A DNA stretch of 64,000 bases from Octopus vulgaris (taxonomy: Eukaryota): NCBI GenBank assembly GCA_951406725.2, contig OX597820.1, positions 55,242,001-55,306,000 of the forward strand. Reading direction: 5' to 3'. Position numbers and translations under genes: made by a program. Position 1 is the first letter of the stretch, and each line of letters opens with the position of its first letter. The notes beneath the pieces are model-generated. The model was not told the DNA's origin and did no database searches. It saw nothing but the letters and a program-made list of their open reading frames with translations. Of the stretch, positions 1-12,367 are shown in pieces.

Positions 1-699
1 ATCATGTGATGTCATGACAAGGAGACACAGATACATATGAACACATATATACACACGTATATATATATATACACATATATATCAGTGGAGACTGTACATG
101 TTCTGTCTGTAATATTGCACTAAATAAAATTAACCACCACATGCCAACAATGTACTGTATGGCCCATGACTAAATGGTGGTATGGCATATTTGGATCCAT
201 GAATCTTTACTATTGCAAACTAAGAAATTAAGTATATTATATAATGTGCAAAGAAAATATGTATACTAAAATCTTTAAATATTATGCAGGGGAGATATAT
301 CTGCTTATATGTGAAAGGTTTGTTGAACATACACTGTAAAGAAACCTTTATCTGTATTTTACCAACATACATTAGATAAATATGATGGTTCAATCACTAG
401 ACTCAATGTAGATATCATATCTATACATCCCTATGCAAAAATGCTATGACAAGTAACTGGAATAGTTTACATAAAAAAGTATGAACCTTGATTTAATACT
501 TAGTCTGAAAGCGGTCACAGCAATATTTCCCATGTTTGCAAATATTCTCCATCTTGATCAGTTACACATATTTTAAATGCAAATATCAAGTTTCTTTATT
601 AATGTTTAATTTTTTTTTTTTTAACCAAAGTGTTTTGCAAGTAACATACTAATTATCCAAGAGTATATTACTTATGTGATAGACATATATTATAAACTC

Positions 700-1220
700 A
701 CTAGGAGGTAGTTTATTATGAGGAATGACATTTCCAACTCTTCGCCCTTTAATAAAACTTAAATATAACTTAGATATGTTTCGACCAATGATTGGTCCAA
801 GCCATATCTAACTTAATAGCACTACCTGATAGGATTATCTAAATCCTGTTTAAGTCAAGTTTTGTTTATGGTCCATTCAAATAGTGAGTTCTTGTTGAGT
901 GAGTTGTATCCGGGTATGAGTGGCTTATCCGGTATTCCTTGGAGGAATCTGTCCAGACTCCATTTAAAAGTGATGGAATCCTTTTCTTTTGGGACGATGT
1001 TAAACAGGGCAGGGCCTGTTGAGGAAAAGAAAATATATTGCAGTGTACCTATATGCTGTGATCCTGAATTGAGCAGGGGATGTATGGCCCGTGGTCCCAG
1101 CCTTGGATGAACCTTGAAACTAATGTTCAGGTTGTTTGGGCAATGCTGGTGGTATATTCTCCACATTGTACAAATGATGTACTGCTCGCGGTGGTGCTGG
1201 AGACAGTAGAGTTTCATGTG
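700..1220 (-). mobile_element. 3' end of a CR1/L2-type LINE (ORF2 C-terminus and 3' UTR)
   Basis: ORF 855-1217 ends FSSTGPALFNIVP...FKWSLDRFLQGIPDKPLIPGY..NSL, typical of CR1/L2-group ORF2 C-termini. Confidence 0.6.
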
Positions 1221-2413
1221 AGAGAAATACTAATAATAATAACAATGATAACAGAAACTAAAAAATCAAAATATTTAAAAAATGGCAAGTAGGGGAGGGA
1301 AAGAGAAAGAAAACAACGAGGAATTTTATTTGAAAGCAATAACAACAGTAATACAAATCTAAAATTAATAAGATACAACTCAGCAAAAACATAAATGAAT
1401 TTGTTTGTTCATCAAACTGACATTAATGACATTAATTACTTTTATGCTTAAAATGAAACAAAAGAGGTTTATGAAAGCTGGCCATAATTGATTTTCAATG
1501 CTTGTGGTGGTACTATGTCAGTGATCAGGTCACAGAAGCACACTATTTCATAGTTAACTACACTATTAAAAAATAAACAATACTGAAAATAACAGCTCTA
1601 TGTATGCTTAAATGGCTTAAATGACTTGTTTAAGTAGCAGTCGTCTTCATTATTGTTACTTTACATCTGTTTTCTATACTGAAATCAGTTAGACAGGTTG
1701 TCATGGTCCAAGTTTGCTATTTGAAGTTACTGTCCTGTGTAGGTCAGAGGTCCCATGTCTTGCTTGTAGTTTCCATTTTTAGCTTGGTGTCTATGGCTAG
1801 ATGCCTTTTTTAACTAGTTTACAATGTGTACTGGATACATATTATTGTGGTATCAGCACCAGAGAGGTTGCCATGTCTTCAACAAGACAAAGAGCTGCTC
1901 TTGACTATACAATGTCAGCCACTTTACTGAGTGTACTGTATAAACTTTATCATGACACCATCACTAGTGAGGTTGCCTTGTACCCAGTAATACTAAAGAG
2001 ACTTGACTAGTCTATTTTGTTTTCATTCATTCAGAGCAACATAACCAAGAACGTAAATGGAAGAGAGGCTGGTGACAGATGACTAGGATGAGAGGTTAAA
2101 AGAAGTGAGGATGTGGATTGGAGTGGCTGGATGGTGGAGGAAGAAGAAATGGAAGAGATAGAACTAAGAGGAATGGAAGACAGCCAGTCATAGTAGGAAC
2201 TAATAAAAGAAACAGTAATAAAGAGACTAATTCAAGAGAGAACACACACACACACATCATTATTTAACATCTGATGTCCATACTGCTATGGGTCAGATGG
2301 CTGACATGAGCTAGCAAGCCAGAGTACTGCACCAAGCTCTACTGTCAGTTTGGCACAGTGTTTATGGCTTGATATCCTTCCGAACACCAACCACTAAATA
2401 TACATATATATAT

Positions 2414-2457
<44 letters not shown>

Positions 2458-2461
2458 TATA

Positions 2462-2509
<48 letters not shown>

Positions 2510-2771
2510 TATAAAATAATTAAAGACAAAACTGTAAGTTTGGAGATATACTCCCTAATATTATTATTATATATATATATATCATCATCATCATCATATA
2601 TATATATAAAGGGCAAGCAACAGGTTGCTTAGCCACATACCGAAAAATTAGAAATAGCAGTCAAAGACTGCTTATTTCTATTTTCTACAAATATAACTCC
2701 ACATACAACATATACATGTAACTCACATATGTAAAACAATGAAAAATAATGAAAACAAAGTATTCGGTAAT

Positions 2772-2829
2772 TTACAGACTTGTTTCTGGGTCAGAATTAT
2801 AAACAAATTCATTCCCGTCTTCAGCACAA
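2772..2829 (-). ncRNA. Minimal type I hammerhead ribozyme motif (Penelope/retrozyme type)
   Basis: Minus strand: ttgtg CTGAAGA cggg.gaatt..aattc.ccca GAAAC aa GTC tgtaa; intact core and GUC site, stem I rich in G-U pairs. Confidence 0.6.
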
Positions 2830-2984
2830 CATTCCATTAGGTAGATTTGCAAATGTTAATTTACATACCTCTTGCTTCCCAACCTCACGCCATCGAAGAT
2901 AGCAGGAGATAGTCTCAACACAGGCCAAACCCATATAGATGTGTGTGTATACACACATACACACACACATTAATATATATATCC

Positions 2985-3600
2985 TCATCATCATTATCAT
3001 CATCCTTTAGCATCTGTTTTCCATGCTAGCATGGGTTAGATGATTTGACTGGAACTGGTAAGCTGGAGAGTTGTACCACATCCAAAGATCATGCTTCATC
3101 ACCTTGTCCCATGTCTTCCTGGGTCTACCTCTTCCACAGGTTCCCTCCACAGTTAGAGATCGGCACATTTTTACACAGCTGTCCTCATCCATATGCATCA
3201 CATAACCATACCAACACAGTCATCTCTCTTGTACACATCTGATACCTTTTATATCCAGCTTTTCTCCCAAGATGCTTACACTTTGTCATACATGCACACT
3301 GACATCGCACATTCAGCAAAGCATACTAACTTCATTTCTTTCAAGCCTATGCATGTCCTTGGCACTCACAGCCCATGTTTCACTGTTGTGTAGCTTATTT
3401 ATTCACGCACAGGTATCATGCAGTCTGCCTTTCACTCCGAGAGACAGGCCCTTAGGTACCAACAAAGGTGGCAACTCTGAACTTTATCTAGCCTATTCTT
3501 ACTCTCACAGCTATTATTCTCAGAGCTTCCACCTCTGCTACTGAATTGGTCACCCAGATAATGAAAGTTATCAACTACTCCAAGCTTCTGTTATCTAGGT
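2985..3600 (-). mobile_element. RTE-clade LINE fragment
   Basis: MDEDSCVKMCRSLTVEGTCGRGRPRKTWD RT C-terminus; (CAT)n tail on + strand. Confidence 0.8.
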
Positions 3601-4048
3601 GACCAGGGCTTCATGGAGGCAATGACAAGTGACCGAGACCTTTGACAATATGCCATGCTTGAGAAGACCTATCAAGCCAAGTGAAATCACAGTTGTGGCC
3701 AATGCCGGTGTCATACAACTGGCACTCATGGTGGTAACATGTAAAAAGCACACTTCAAACATTGAGTGATATGCTGTGACTAAGAAGACCCATCAAATCA
3801 TGTGAAATCATAGTCGTGGCTATTGCCAGTGTTGCATACCTGGCACTCATACTGGTGGCACATAAAAAACACACTCTGAGCTTTGAGCTTCACAGAGGCA
3901 GTGTTAAGTGGCCAGGATCTTTGGCAGTATAGCATGCTTGAGAAGAACTGTCAAACCAAATGAGATCACAGTCCTGGCTGATGTTAGTGTTTCGTAACTG
4001 GTACCCATGCCAGTGACACATAAAAAGCACCCACTACACTCTTGGACA
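3601..4048 (+). mobile_element. RTE 3' UTR fragment with degenerate internal repeats
   Basis: Repeated 'gcttgagaagacc' and 'ggtggcacataaaaaacac' modules ending in 'aaaaagcacccactacactc'. Confidence 0.7.
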
Positions 4049-4049
4049 G

Positions 4050-5038
4050 TAAGCATGTAGAATAGCCATATATGGCAATGCAGCTCACTCTGAAACGGGC
4101 GTGAATGTAGCTTAACCAAATGTGGAAATTCAACTGAGACACAATCTTAGGTATTGTTTACTGTTATTTTATATTGATCCTGTATTACTATCTTTATGTA
4201 TTTTTGTTTTCTATTAGCGTAAAAATGCCTGAGAATGAAAAACGTATTTCATATCCTGCAAATTTCAAATTAAAAGTGATTCACTTTGCAGAGGAGCATG
4301 GAAATAAAGCTGCAGCAAGACAATTTGGGCCTCCTCCTATGGCTGCCATGATTGAACTGTGGAGAAAGCACAAAGATGAACTTTTATGGATGCCAAGGAG
4401 GAAGAGAGCAGCATGAGGTGAAAAGGCAAGGTGGTCAAATCTGAAGGAAAAACTCAAATACTGGGTTGAAAGCCACAAAGGTAGACTGATGCATTTGTTT
4501 CAACAAAAATTCTCATCAATCAAGGAAGAAGAATTACTCGGGAGATAAAAAAAAAGAGCAAAGAGGAAGGACAAGAGACAGAAGAGACAACTGATTTTAA
4601 AGGCATGCCCATGCTGCAATCCCCTTATTTTTAGTTTGAAATCCTGGAATCATTAGTTTTTTGGTTTTTTTTTTTTGCTGATGTCCTAATATGCCACAAA
4701 ACACGTTTTATCTGGAAAATGGGGGTTGGATGGGGTGGAACCCTCACAAAGAGAAAGAGAGAGATGAGAAACATCTCATTAATACCATTTAAGATATTTT
4801 AAATTTCATTTATGTCTCCCCTTTCTTTCATAGAAGGCCCTTTCTTTCTTATTATATCCACAGTCTCTCATCTCTCTCTCTCTCTCCACACAAAAATGAA
4901 ACACATTACCTGATAAGTGTGGATGCACTTATCAAGATTTACCTAACCCTTTGCAAAACCTTTTTTCCAAATTTTAAGCCCCCAAAATTAAGGGGGTCCT
5001 TATACACAAGGTTTCCTTATACATGTTAAAACATGGTA
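4050..5038 (+). mobile_element. pogo/Tigger-type DNA transposon remnant (Brinker-type DNA-binding domain)
   Basis: KRISYPANFKLKVIHFAEEHGNKAAARQFG...IELWRK then an in-frame stop and KARWSNLKEKLKYWV (CENP-B-type HTH); boundaries approximate. Confidence 0.7.
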
Positions 5039-5064
5039 TATATATATAATATACATGTCTGTAT

Positions 5065-5450
5065 AACTTTTATCTTTTACTTGTTTCAGTCATTAGACTA
5101 TGGCCATGCTGGGATACTATCCTGAAGGGTTTAGCCAAACAAATTAACACCAGTACATATTTTGAGGTCTGGTACATATTCTATCAGTCTCTTGGGGATT
5201 TCAGAGGTGTAAACAAATTCAAGAACAAAGACGCATACATACATACATACATACATACATACATACATACATACATACATACATACACACTCACACACAA
5301 ACACACACACACACACATATACACATTTATACAACAGGCTTCTACAGTTTCCGTCTACCAAATTCATTTATGAAGTTTTGGCTGGCCTGCAGTTATAAAT
5401 GACAGTTGTGCTAGGTGTCATGCAGTGGAACTGAAAACAAAACTATGTAG
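5065..5450 (-). mobile_element. tRNA-derived SINE (family A) with internal (CATA)n/(CA)n
   Basis: Shares 'ttgtttcagtcatt.gact.tggccatgctgg' tail and 'cagtttccgtctaccaaatt' body with other copies. Confidence 0.75.
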
Positions 5451-5965
5451 TTGCATGTGCATGTGTGCATGTGTGTGTGTGTGTGTGTGTAGATCATCTT
5501 TTTGTCAAGATTGGTCTGCATTGGGAATGGTTGTTTCTTCATAACCTCTGCACATTCTGTAGTTACTTTTCGTATTATGCTTCATTATACACACTTTTGA
5601 TAGTTTCAAATAAGAAACCTTTAGTCTTGTGCTATATTGAAAAACTCTTTAGTCTCAAATATGAATCTTGCCATTTCTCAGTCAGTATTGAGTTTATTTT
5701 TTGTTTTCTTTTTTTTTCTATTATCTATTTCCACTTTGCTGTTATCAGATATTGGTTGCTCTTTCTTACTAATATCTTCACTTGAGTATTTGTAGTCCAA
5801 TTTTCTGTTTATTTTTTTAAAGCTTTTAATAGTTTCTGAAGTTATTTCTCTACTCTTCTCACAGCAATTCTTTGTTATCCTGGTGTCCCTTTAACATTTA
5901 TTGGCCTCTTTGAAAACAGAAAATAGTTTCTTTCTTTGTTTACATTTTCTAATTATAATTTCTGC

Positions 5966-6477
5966 TGTGGGCACGTAACAAACACCATCCGATCGTAGCC
6001 GTTCGCCAGCCTCGTCTGGCACCTGTGTCGGTGGCACATAAGAAAACACCGAAAAGACCATCCGAGCGTGGCCGTCTGCCAGCCTCATCTGGCACCTGTG
6101 TCGGTGGCACATAAAAAACACCATCCGAGCGTGGCCGTCTGCCAGCCTCATCTGGCACCTGTGTCGGTGGCACATAAAAAACACCATCCGAGCGTGGCCG
6201 TCTACCAGCCTCGTCTGGCACCTGTGTCGGTGGCACATAAAAAACACCATCCAAGCGTGACCGTCTGCCAGCCTCGTCTGGCACCTGTGTCGGTGGCACA
6301 TAAAATCACCCACTACACTCTCAGAGTGGTTGGCGTTAGGAAAGGCATCCAGCTGTAGAAACACTGCCAGATCTGACTGGCCTGGTGCAGCCTTCGGGCT
6401 TGCCAGACCCCAGTTGAACCGTCCAACCCATGCTAGCATGGAAAGCGGACGTTAAACGATGATGATGATGATGATGA
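5966..6477 (+). mobile_element. RTE 3' end with about 5 tandem 63-bp units and (GAT)n tail
   Basis: Unit ccatccgagcgtggccgtctgccagcctc.tctggcacctgtgtcggtggcacataaaaaaca (6121 to 6184); ends 'gacgttaaacgatgatgat'. Confidence 0.9.
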
Positions 6478-7076
6478 CATATTAACTTTACTTTATGCTT
6501 TATTAGGTATGTTTTAGTTGTTCTTCAGTAGATATTTAAAATTTCAGCAGCTGCCACTCCCTCACTCATTATATTTGTAGTGTTGATTTTTGGGTGATGT
6601 GATTATTTTTGTTGTTTTCCTGTCTAGTGTTATTAATTTATTTAGATTCCAGTTTTAAAAAATTATAATAGTAACTTATATATATAACTGCTACAGTAAT
6701 TCAAAATTATTCTTTTTAACTCAGGTTTTGTTGGAACTCCTGAAGTATTGCATGTGTAGTGGGCATGCTGCCTGCAGCCTACAGTAACATGCTATCTGTT
6801 CTTTTCAACTATCTTATGCTTTCCTGATTATTCTGGCTATGCCAAGGAGGTAAACATTTTGCAACAGTTCTACTGGGCACTTTCTTCCAATTTCCTTGTT
6901 ATTCTTCTTGATACCTCCTGATACTGTTCCCAAAGACCCAACAATAATTGGCACTATCTTCATCATCTTCATTTTCCATAGCTGAGTTATTTTGTAATTA
7001 AGAGAATTGTATATATCTATTTTTTCATCTTCATTCTTGACTATGCATGTTAGGCACTATTATTATTATTTATTAT

Positions 7077-8065
7077 TTATTGTCTTTGCACAGCTTCTAA
7101 TACTGAAAATGTACTACAGTGCCAGCTGTTCACTACCAGTGAACTAAGGTAACCCCTTATTTTTCGAACACCATACAGAATATTTGATCTGTTTGAAGTA
7201 GTGCTGTTTTACTGCAAGTACTCCACCCATATTGCAGACCCTATTTGTTCCATGTACTTCTCAAGATTTTTACTCACTGTTTCCAGGGATCCAACAATTA
7301 TTGGTACTACTACCATCTTTTTCAGCGACCACAATTGCTTAACCTCCCAAGCTAACCTGTCATATCTATCGACTTTTTTTCCTTCCTTATTGCATACCTT
7401 GTTGTCAGCTGGGCATGCTATATCTATGATCCAGCATTGTTTGCTTTCTTTCATAGGAGAGCTTTGTAGTTCGCTTGAAGCATTGTGTATTGTTTCTAAA
7501 ATATAATGTGTCTTGAATGGCACAATACACTGTAGTAACAACAATGGACTATAATAACTGTTATAATGATCCAGCATAGTTTTCTCAATTAAGACTATGT
7601 CTGCCTTCCTATACTCTATCTCATGGTCACACTGAATCATAAAATCCCATAGGATCTTAGCATTATCATTTTCGATGATGCCTTCGGGTTTATGTTCCTA
7701 CCACTTCTTTGCTCTGTCAAGTCCATACTTGTTGCAAAGTGTCCAATGGACAATCCTAGCTATGTTGTCATGACATCTCTTATATTCTTTCTGGGCTAGT
7801 GGCATACATTGACTGGTAATATGCCACATGGTTTCATCATTTTGTCCTCAAATTCTGCACTTGTTACTTTCTGATGTGTTGTCTATTCTACATTTGATGT
7901 AATTCATTCTTAGTGCTTGCTCTTGGGCAGTTTCCGGTTTTAAATCACTTTTAGTCATCTATAGTCATCTTTTTTCTCTATCTGTCTTATTTTCAGATCC
8001 TTAAGAAATTGCCCATGCATTTTTTTCTTTATTCACCTATTTTCACTTTCATTCATTTTCAAGTG
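7077..8065 (-). mobile_element. R4/Dong-type non-LTR retrotransposon 3' part (CCHC and restriction-like endonuclease)
   Basis: ILWDFMIQCDHEIEYRKADIV...CWIIDIACPAD...KKVDRYDRLAWEVKQLW...VVPIIVGSL; 3' end abuts (TAT)n. Confidence 0.85.
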
Positions 8066-8788
8066 CTTGTACATATCATATGAAACCTCACAGCTTTTTA
8101 CTGCGTATGATGGAAAGTGTCAGCTGTCCATAGCCAGCAGACTAAGGTGACACTTCTTTACTGGTCTAGAAAGCAGGACATGCCATCAAAGTGACACTGG
8201 AGTATAAATATATGAAGCCCAGTATACTTGTATTGATTACCCATCTGATAAGGGAACACCTGGCACATACATCGCAACCATATGTCCACAACATTTGATC
8301 TCATAGCAAGGTAAACTGCACATGACCTTCCAGGTGGAGCCCAGTTAGAATTTTCTTTAGGCTGAGTAACCCATCCTGCTCAAAAGGTCTCTGAATAAGG
8401 TTTGTTTAAGGATGATGAATGATACACCCATGTTTCCAGAGGTGAAGTATTCAAACTCTAAAGAATTCACATTATTTACATTATTTACATTTGACGGATA
8501 TTTGCCCTCATCTTGTTTGTTGTGTTAACAATATCCGTCAATTTGAAACCAATATGTTATTTTTTTATTTGTTTCAGTCATCTGATTGTGGCTATGCTGG
8601 AGCACCACCTTTAGTTGAGCATATCGACTCAAGGACTTATTCTTTGTAAGCCTAGTACTTATTCTATCGGACTCTTTTGCCAAACCTCTAAGTTATAGGG
8701 ATGTAAACACACCAACATCAGTTGTCAAGCGATGGTGGGGAGACAAACTCACACTCACTTACACACACACACACACACACATACACAG

Positions 8789-8853
<65 letters not shown>

Positions 8854-8854
8854 T

Positions 8855-8891
<37 letters not shown>

Positions 8892-8892
<1 letters not shown>

Positions 8893-9273
8893 TATCATCA
8901 TCATTTCACATCTGTTTTCCAGGCTGGGAAGGGTTCGATAGTTTGACTGAGGTCTGAAGAACCAACGGCTGCACCAGGCTCCAATCTGATCTGGCAATGT
9001 TTCTACACCTGGATGCCCTTCCTAATGCCATCCACTCCGAGAGCATACTGGGTGTTTTTTACGTGCCACCAGCACAGGAGATAGTCAGGGGATACTGGCA
9101 TCAGCTGCATTCAGACAGTGCTTTTTACGTGCCACTGGTACGAGAGCCACTCAAGTGGTACTGGCTTCAGTCGTGTTCAGATGGTGCTTTTTACATGCCA
9201 CAGGCACAGGGGCCAGTCAGGCAGTCCAGGCATCGATCATGTTTGGATAGTGCTTTTTACATTCCACCAGCAC
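8892..9273 (-). mobile_element. RTE 3' end nested in a family A SINE (about 8565-9367)
   Basis: Reverse-complement of the RTE tail (ggatgcccttcctaatgcc; ttttacgtgccacc modules) lying between two SINE halves. Confidence 0.75.
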
Positions 9274-9326
<53 letters not shown>

Positions 9327-9367
9327 CAGTGGGCTTCTTTCAGTTTCTGTCTACCAAATCCACTTGC

Positions 9368-10606
9368 AAGAGAACAACTTCCACCACATTCCAGGGAGAA
9401 AAACTAGAAGTAGTTGATAGCTTCCGTTACCTAGGTGACCTAGTCAGTAGCGGGTGAGAGTGTGCTGAAAGTGTAGCTACTAGAATAAAAATAGCCTGGG
9501 CTAAGTTCACAGAGCTCTTACCTCTGCTGGTGACAAAGGGCCTCTCGCTCAGAATAAAAGTAGACTGTATGACACATGTGTATGAACAGCCGTGCTACAT
9601 GGCAGTGAAACATGGGCTGTGACTGCTGAGGACATGCGTAAGCTCACAAGGAATGAAGCCAGCATGCTTCGATGGATGTGTAATGTCAGTGTGCATAGTC
9701 ACACTTGAGAGAAAGGTTGGACCTAATAAGCATCAGATGTGGTGTGCAAGAGAGATGACTGCGCTGGTATGGTCATGTGGTGAGAATGGATGTGGATAGC
9801 TGTGTGAAAAAGTGCCACGCCCTAGCAGTTGAGAGAACCTGTGGAAGAGGTAGACCCAGGAAGACCTGGGATGAGGTGGTGAAGCATGACCTTCAAACAT
9901 TGGGCCTCACCGAGGCAATGACTAGTGACCGGGACCTCTGGAAATATGCTGTGCTTGTGAAGACTCAGCAAGTGCATGTGAGACCATAAACTTCTTGGCA
10001 AGCACAAGGGAGACCATAACCATGTGGCCTATGCCAGGGTTGTAACCAGTCCACTTATGTGTGCCTTTCCTTCATTGGACACTAAACTCTGCTTGCGAAG
10101 ACCTGTTGAGGCAAGTGAAATCGAAATCGAACTTGGTGACTGGCATCCGTTGCTAATGGAGCGCTAAGAGTACCATACGAGTGAGATCTTTGCCATTGCC
10201 ATAAGCTGGCCTCCATGCTGATGGCACATTATAAACACCATTCGAGCATGATTGTTACCTGCGTCGCCTTACTAGCACTTGTGCTGGTGGCATGTGAAAA
10301 AAATCATTCAAGCGAGGTCATTGCCAGTGCCGCTGGACTGGCTCCTGTGCAGGTGGTACATAAAAAGCCCCATTTGAGCGTGGCCGTTGCCAGTACCACC
10401 TAACTGGCCCTCGTGCCGGTGGCACGTAAAAGCACCCACTACACTCTCGGAGTGGTTGACATTAGGAAGGGCATCCACCTGTAGAAACTCTGCCAGATCA
10501 AATTGGAGTCTGGTGCAGCCACCTGGTTCGCCAGACCTCAGTCAAATCGTCCAACCTATGCCAGCATGGAGAGCAGACATTAAACGATGATGATGTTGAT
10601 GATGAT
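9368..10606 (+). mobile_element. RTE-clade LINE, 5'-truncated
   Basis: GEKLEVVDSFRYLGD...VRMDVDSCVKKCHALAVERTCGRGRPRKTWDEVV with stops and frameshifts; repeat-rich 3' UTR; (GAT)n tail. Confidence 0.9.
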
Positions 10607-10637
<31 letters not shown>

Positions 10638-11187
10638 GTATGTAAGTGAGTTAGCCACCTCTTCTGACCCAACAATGGGAGGGTGTTACAGTTCAGGGTT
10701 AAAACTACTGCTGAATGTTGGATACCCTCTGGTGACATCAGTTCTTCCTGGTCAAAACTCCATTCACTTTAGTGAGTGGAAAAAGCACCTCCTTCTAGGT
10801 GTTATTAACATAACACATACACACATATGTTATGTTATATATATATGTATATGAGACCCAATGCTATATATATATATATATATATATATAGCATTGGGTC
10901 TCATGGAGGCAAAGTAGCTGAGCTCCTTTCAAGCATAGGACCTCAAGGAAGCAAAGTGGCTGAGTTCATTTCGAATGTTGGGCCTCATGGAGGCAATGAC
11001 TGAGACCTTTAGCATTATATTTGTGCTTGAGAAGACCCATCAAGTCAAGCAAAATTGCAGTCATGGCAGATACTGGTGTCACGCAAATGGCACCTGTGCT
11101 GGTGGCACATAAAAACACCCATTACACTCTCAGAGCAATTGGCATTAGGAAGGGCATCCAGCCATAGAGGATGTATATATGTGAGTT

Positions 11188-11275
<88 letters not shown>

Positions 11276-11527
11276 AAGAAAGAAAGAAAGAACACAGAAA
11301 AACCTATTTCCTTACATGTTGAAAATAGATGCTCAAATAAACATCTATGATTTACCTTGATACGAAATAGCTGTAAGAAGCGGGTGAGATCCTTAAATCC
11401 TTAAAAATGTTTTAGCTCAAAGGCCGCGGCCATGCTGGAGCACCACCGCTGTGCTGGGGCACCACCGCTGTGCTTGGGCACCACCGCTAGATGAATAAAA
11501 TTTTATTTCAAAATTGCGGTGATTTAA

Positions 11528-11624
11528 TAATGTACTATAGTTTCAAGTTTAATGTTCAAATTAAATAAATTAATTTCAAAATTTAATGTAATTTAAATTT
11601 GGCACGTGTTACTCTCTTCAGCAC
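11528..11624 (-). ncRNA. Minimal type I hammerhead ribozyme motif
   Basis: Minus strand: tagtg CTGAAGA gt...(AT-rich stem II)...actt GAAAC tata GTA catta; stem I tagtg/catta, palindromic stem III ACTATAGT, GUA site. Confidence 0.7.
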
Positions 11625-12367
11625 TATATACCTTTATTTGCGAAAAATATATAAAATTTTAAAGCATTACCTTTTTCATCTAAGGCCATTTGAAGGTCAA
11701 GGTATATAAATATTTTCAAAAGGTTAGATCGTATTGGTTACCTCTGTAGAGTACAGTATAGGAAAGTCTTACTTTGAGGTTAAAGACCATTATATAATTT
11801 ACTTTCATTAAAATACCTTTCATTGTCATCGTCGTCATCATCATCATCATCATCATCATTTTTTTAATATCTGTTTTCCATGCTGACATTAGCTGGACAG
11901 TTTGACAAAAGTTGGCCAGCTAGAGGGCTGCCCAGGTTCCATTTGTCTGTTTCGGCTATGTTTCTACAGCTTGATGCCCTTCCTAACACCAATGAGTTTA
12001 CAGAGTGATTTCACGTGGCACTAACACTGGCACTTTTATGTGACAATGGCAGGGGTACTTTTATGTGATATCTTTATTAAATGTAATTTTATTTCTTAGC
12101 TTGTCTGAATTGTCCCAATTACTCACATTTACCAAGTATAAAATCAATTACATAGCAAACAAACAATACTCTTAAAATCCAAAGTTCAGGTTTGCTTTCC
12201 CAAAGTCAACACTAAACACTTATATTCCCCATAAGATGACTTCCAAAACAAACCTAAAAGCTATCACTATAATTATCAAATAAATACTGGGTGGGGCAGA
12301 GAGATGGATGTTTTTGAAAAATTCACAAAATCATTAATTTTAACTGTTGCAAGCAAATTTTATTGAT

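Noticed and set aside
4174-4416. Brinker-domain ORF as a host transcription factor
   Set aside because: In-frame stop before the second HTH and decay beyond it; transposon remnant.
5966-6320. 63-bp repeats as a CRISPR array or repeat-protein ORFs (5891-6439, 5949-6299)
   Set aside because: Contiguous near-identical units without spacers, part of the RTE 3' UTR; ORFs stay open only because the unit is a multiple of 3.
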